This document shows, piece by piece, positions 62,664-64,000 of a stretch of DNA of 64,000 nucleotides. The DNA lies in assembly GCA_010093605.1 (NCBI GenBank), contig MU004186.1, positions 1,406,616 through 1,470,615 on the forward strand, written 5' to 3'. Under the pieces are notes generated by a model. It was given only the letters and a program-made list of their open reading frames with translations. It had not been told where the DNA came from and did not search any database. Origin of the DNA: Lophium mytilinum (taxonomy: Eukaryota). Every line of letters begins with the position of its first letter. Positions within the stretch are counted from its first letter, which is position 1. A program made the translations under genes and the position numbers.

Positions 62664-63000
62664 ACTTCCGTATACTATGACTCTTGGAAATCAGGTCTAT
62701 GTGAAAAGGAAAGGCGAGGAGTCGAAGAGGATGGAAGAGTATGAAGGCATACGCAAGACTGGATACGACCCTATAGGAACATGCAAGGCGTTTTTCGGGA
62801 TAGCATGCCGCGACGACTGAGGGCGAGATCACCCAGTCGTGCGTGTGCGGTTTGTACATGTACAAAAGATTTGTGTTTGTATCTAGATCTTGGAATGAAA
62901 ATATCTGAACTCTTTTACACTATACATCTAGTCTGCTTCCTATGTCACCTGTGACGGATGTGATTGCTCATTAAATTATAACCAGGACTGTTCTAGCATT

Positions 63001-63153
63001 CAGTCACGTGCTTCCCAGATTCTGCAAAAGTCCAAGAATTCGGCGATTGTCCAAGATTGTTGCTCCTCATTTCTCTACGCAAAATTTCGTATGGAGACAA
63101 TTTCAACCCTGAGTTTTGATAAACGTCTCGTGGGAATCTGGAAAGCGTGACTG
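63001..63153. repeat. 153-bp segment bounded by ~20-bp imperfect inverted repeats starting CAGT
   Basis: CAGTCACGTGCTTCCCAGATTC ... GAATCTGGAAAGCGTGACTG. Confidence 0.55.
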
Positions 63154-64000
63154 GCCCAGATATCACGTGCCTTGGACGTCACTCGTAGACTTTGATGTAT
63201 GCAGAGTACTCCGGCACCTATATATGCGAACATGTTAATTACAGGAGCATATAGGCCTTCATTGCAGTATTTTCAAACCACTTCTGTCATCGTTTGGTAC
63301 CTCAGCAATGGAAAATGCCTGAAGCGGTCAATATACGGGGTTTGGAGCTCTTGCACTTGTGGAGTAGTATAGTCTATTTAGATGCGAGCGTACATGCATG
63401 CGTGCGAGGATATATACTGATGTAATGTCTACGGCATCCCTATCGACTAGGCGGAGTTAAAAAGAAGTAGGATTAAAGACATGGGTATCGAACACGGGGA
63501 ATAGAGCAGAGGGGTATAAAAAAGGCAGGAATGGAATGTCCGAGTCGGAAAGTGTAAAGAAAGAACCGGAAGGCTACCCACAGTTCAATAAACCAAAAGC
63601 CCAACGCAATAGATAAGGGAATTAGTCGAGCACTCCGGACCGAGCATAATAAGTGGTGAAGTGTCTGCTTCTGAAAAGGTCAGTGTTACTGTCGTCAAGC
63701 GTCACGGGAGATTATTACGGTAACACCTACCAGATAACTCACCCCTCGCACCCACATCTCGAGGCTAGCTATATATCGCTTCGCGTGATGCAAGCCACTC
63801 TTGGTACTCTTGATCCTGAATGTACCCGTCCACCAGAGTTTTCACGACCTCCGTGTTCTGGGTGCCGAACGCCAATTGCAGCTCAAACTTGCGGCCATAC
63901 GTAGTACCGTCGACCATCCATCGGAGTGCATTGATTTGGGGCTGAGTAAGGCTGTCCACGCAGAAGAGGAAGGGCTCGTTATCAGAGATAAGCATTCCCG

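Overview
Filamentous-ascomycete (Pezizomycotina, probably Dothideomycete) genomic DNA with short spliceosomal introns. No rRNA, tRNA or CRISPR was seen. Core-type genes are ferrochelatase head-to-head with ku70, PEX26, a PARN/CAF1 nuclease, PRCC head-to-head with Sin1/Avo1, cerato-platanin and a GPI cupredoxin. Accessory genes between them are an HSPA12-like Hsp70 with an in-frame TAG, an 8-Cys secreted effector candidate with a hidden second exon, a kievitone-hydratase-like protein, an SDR, an AIG2/GGCT protein, a TRI12-type MFS, a family III CoA-transferase, a HET-domain protein, a sirtuin, a GH5 mannanase and a SET protein. The most unusual features are: (i) a scrambled mosaic of EST1/EBS1-like and kinase gene relics at about 16.4-19.1 kb, bordered by a perfect 17-bp hairpin and full of micro-tandem duplications; (ii) a ~230-bp CAGT-TIR/TA-TSD MITE family with at least 4 copies; (iii) two long, self-complementary introns in core genes; (iv) recurrent sharp C-rich to G-rich strand-skew switches. 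Exon boundaries were read by eye, family calls come from remembered motifs, and no searches were run.
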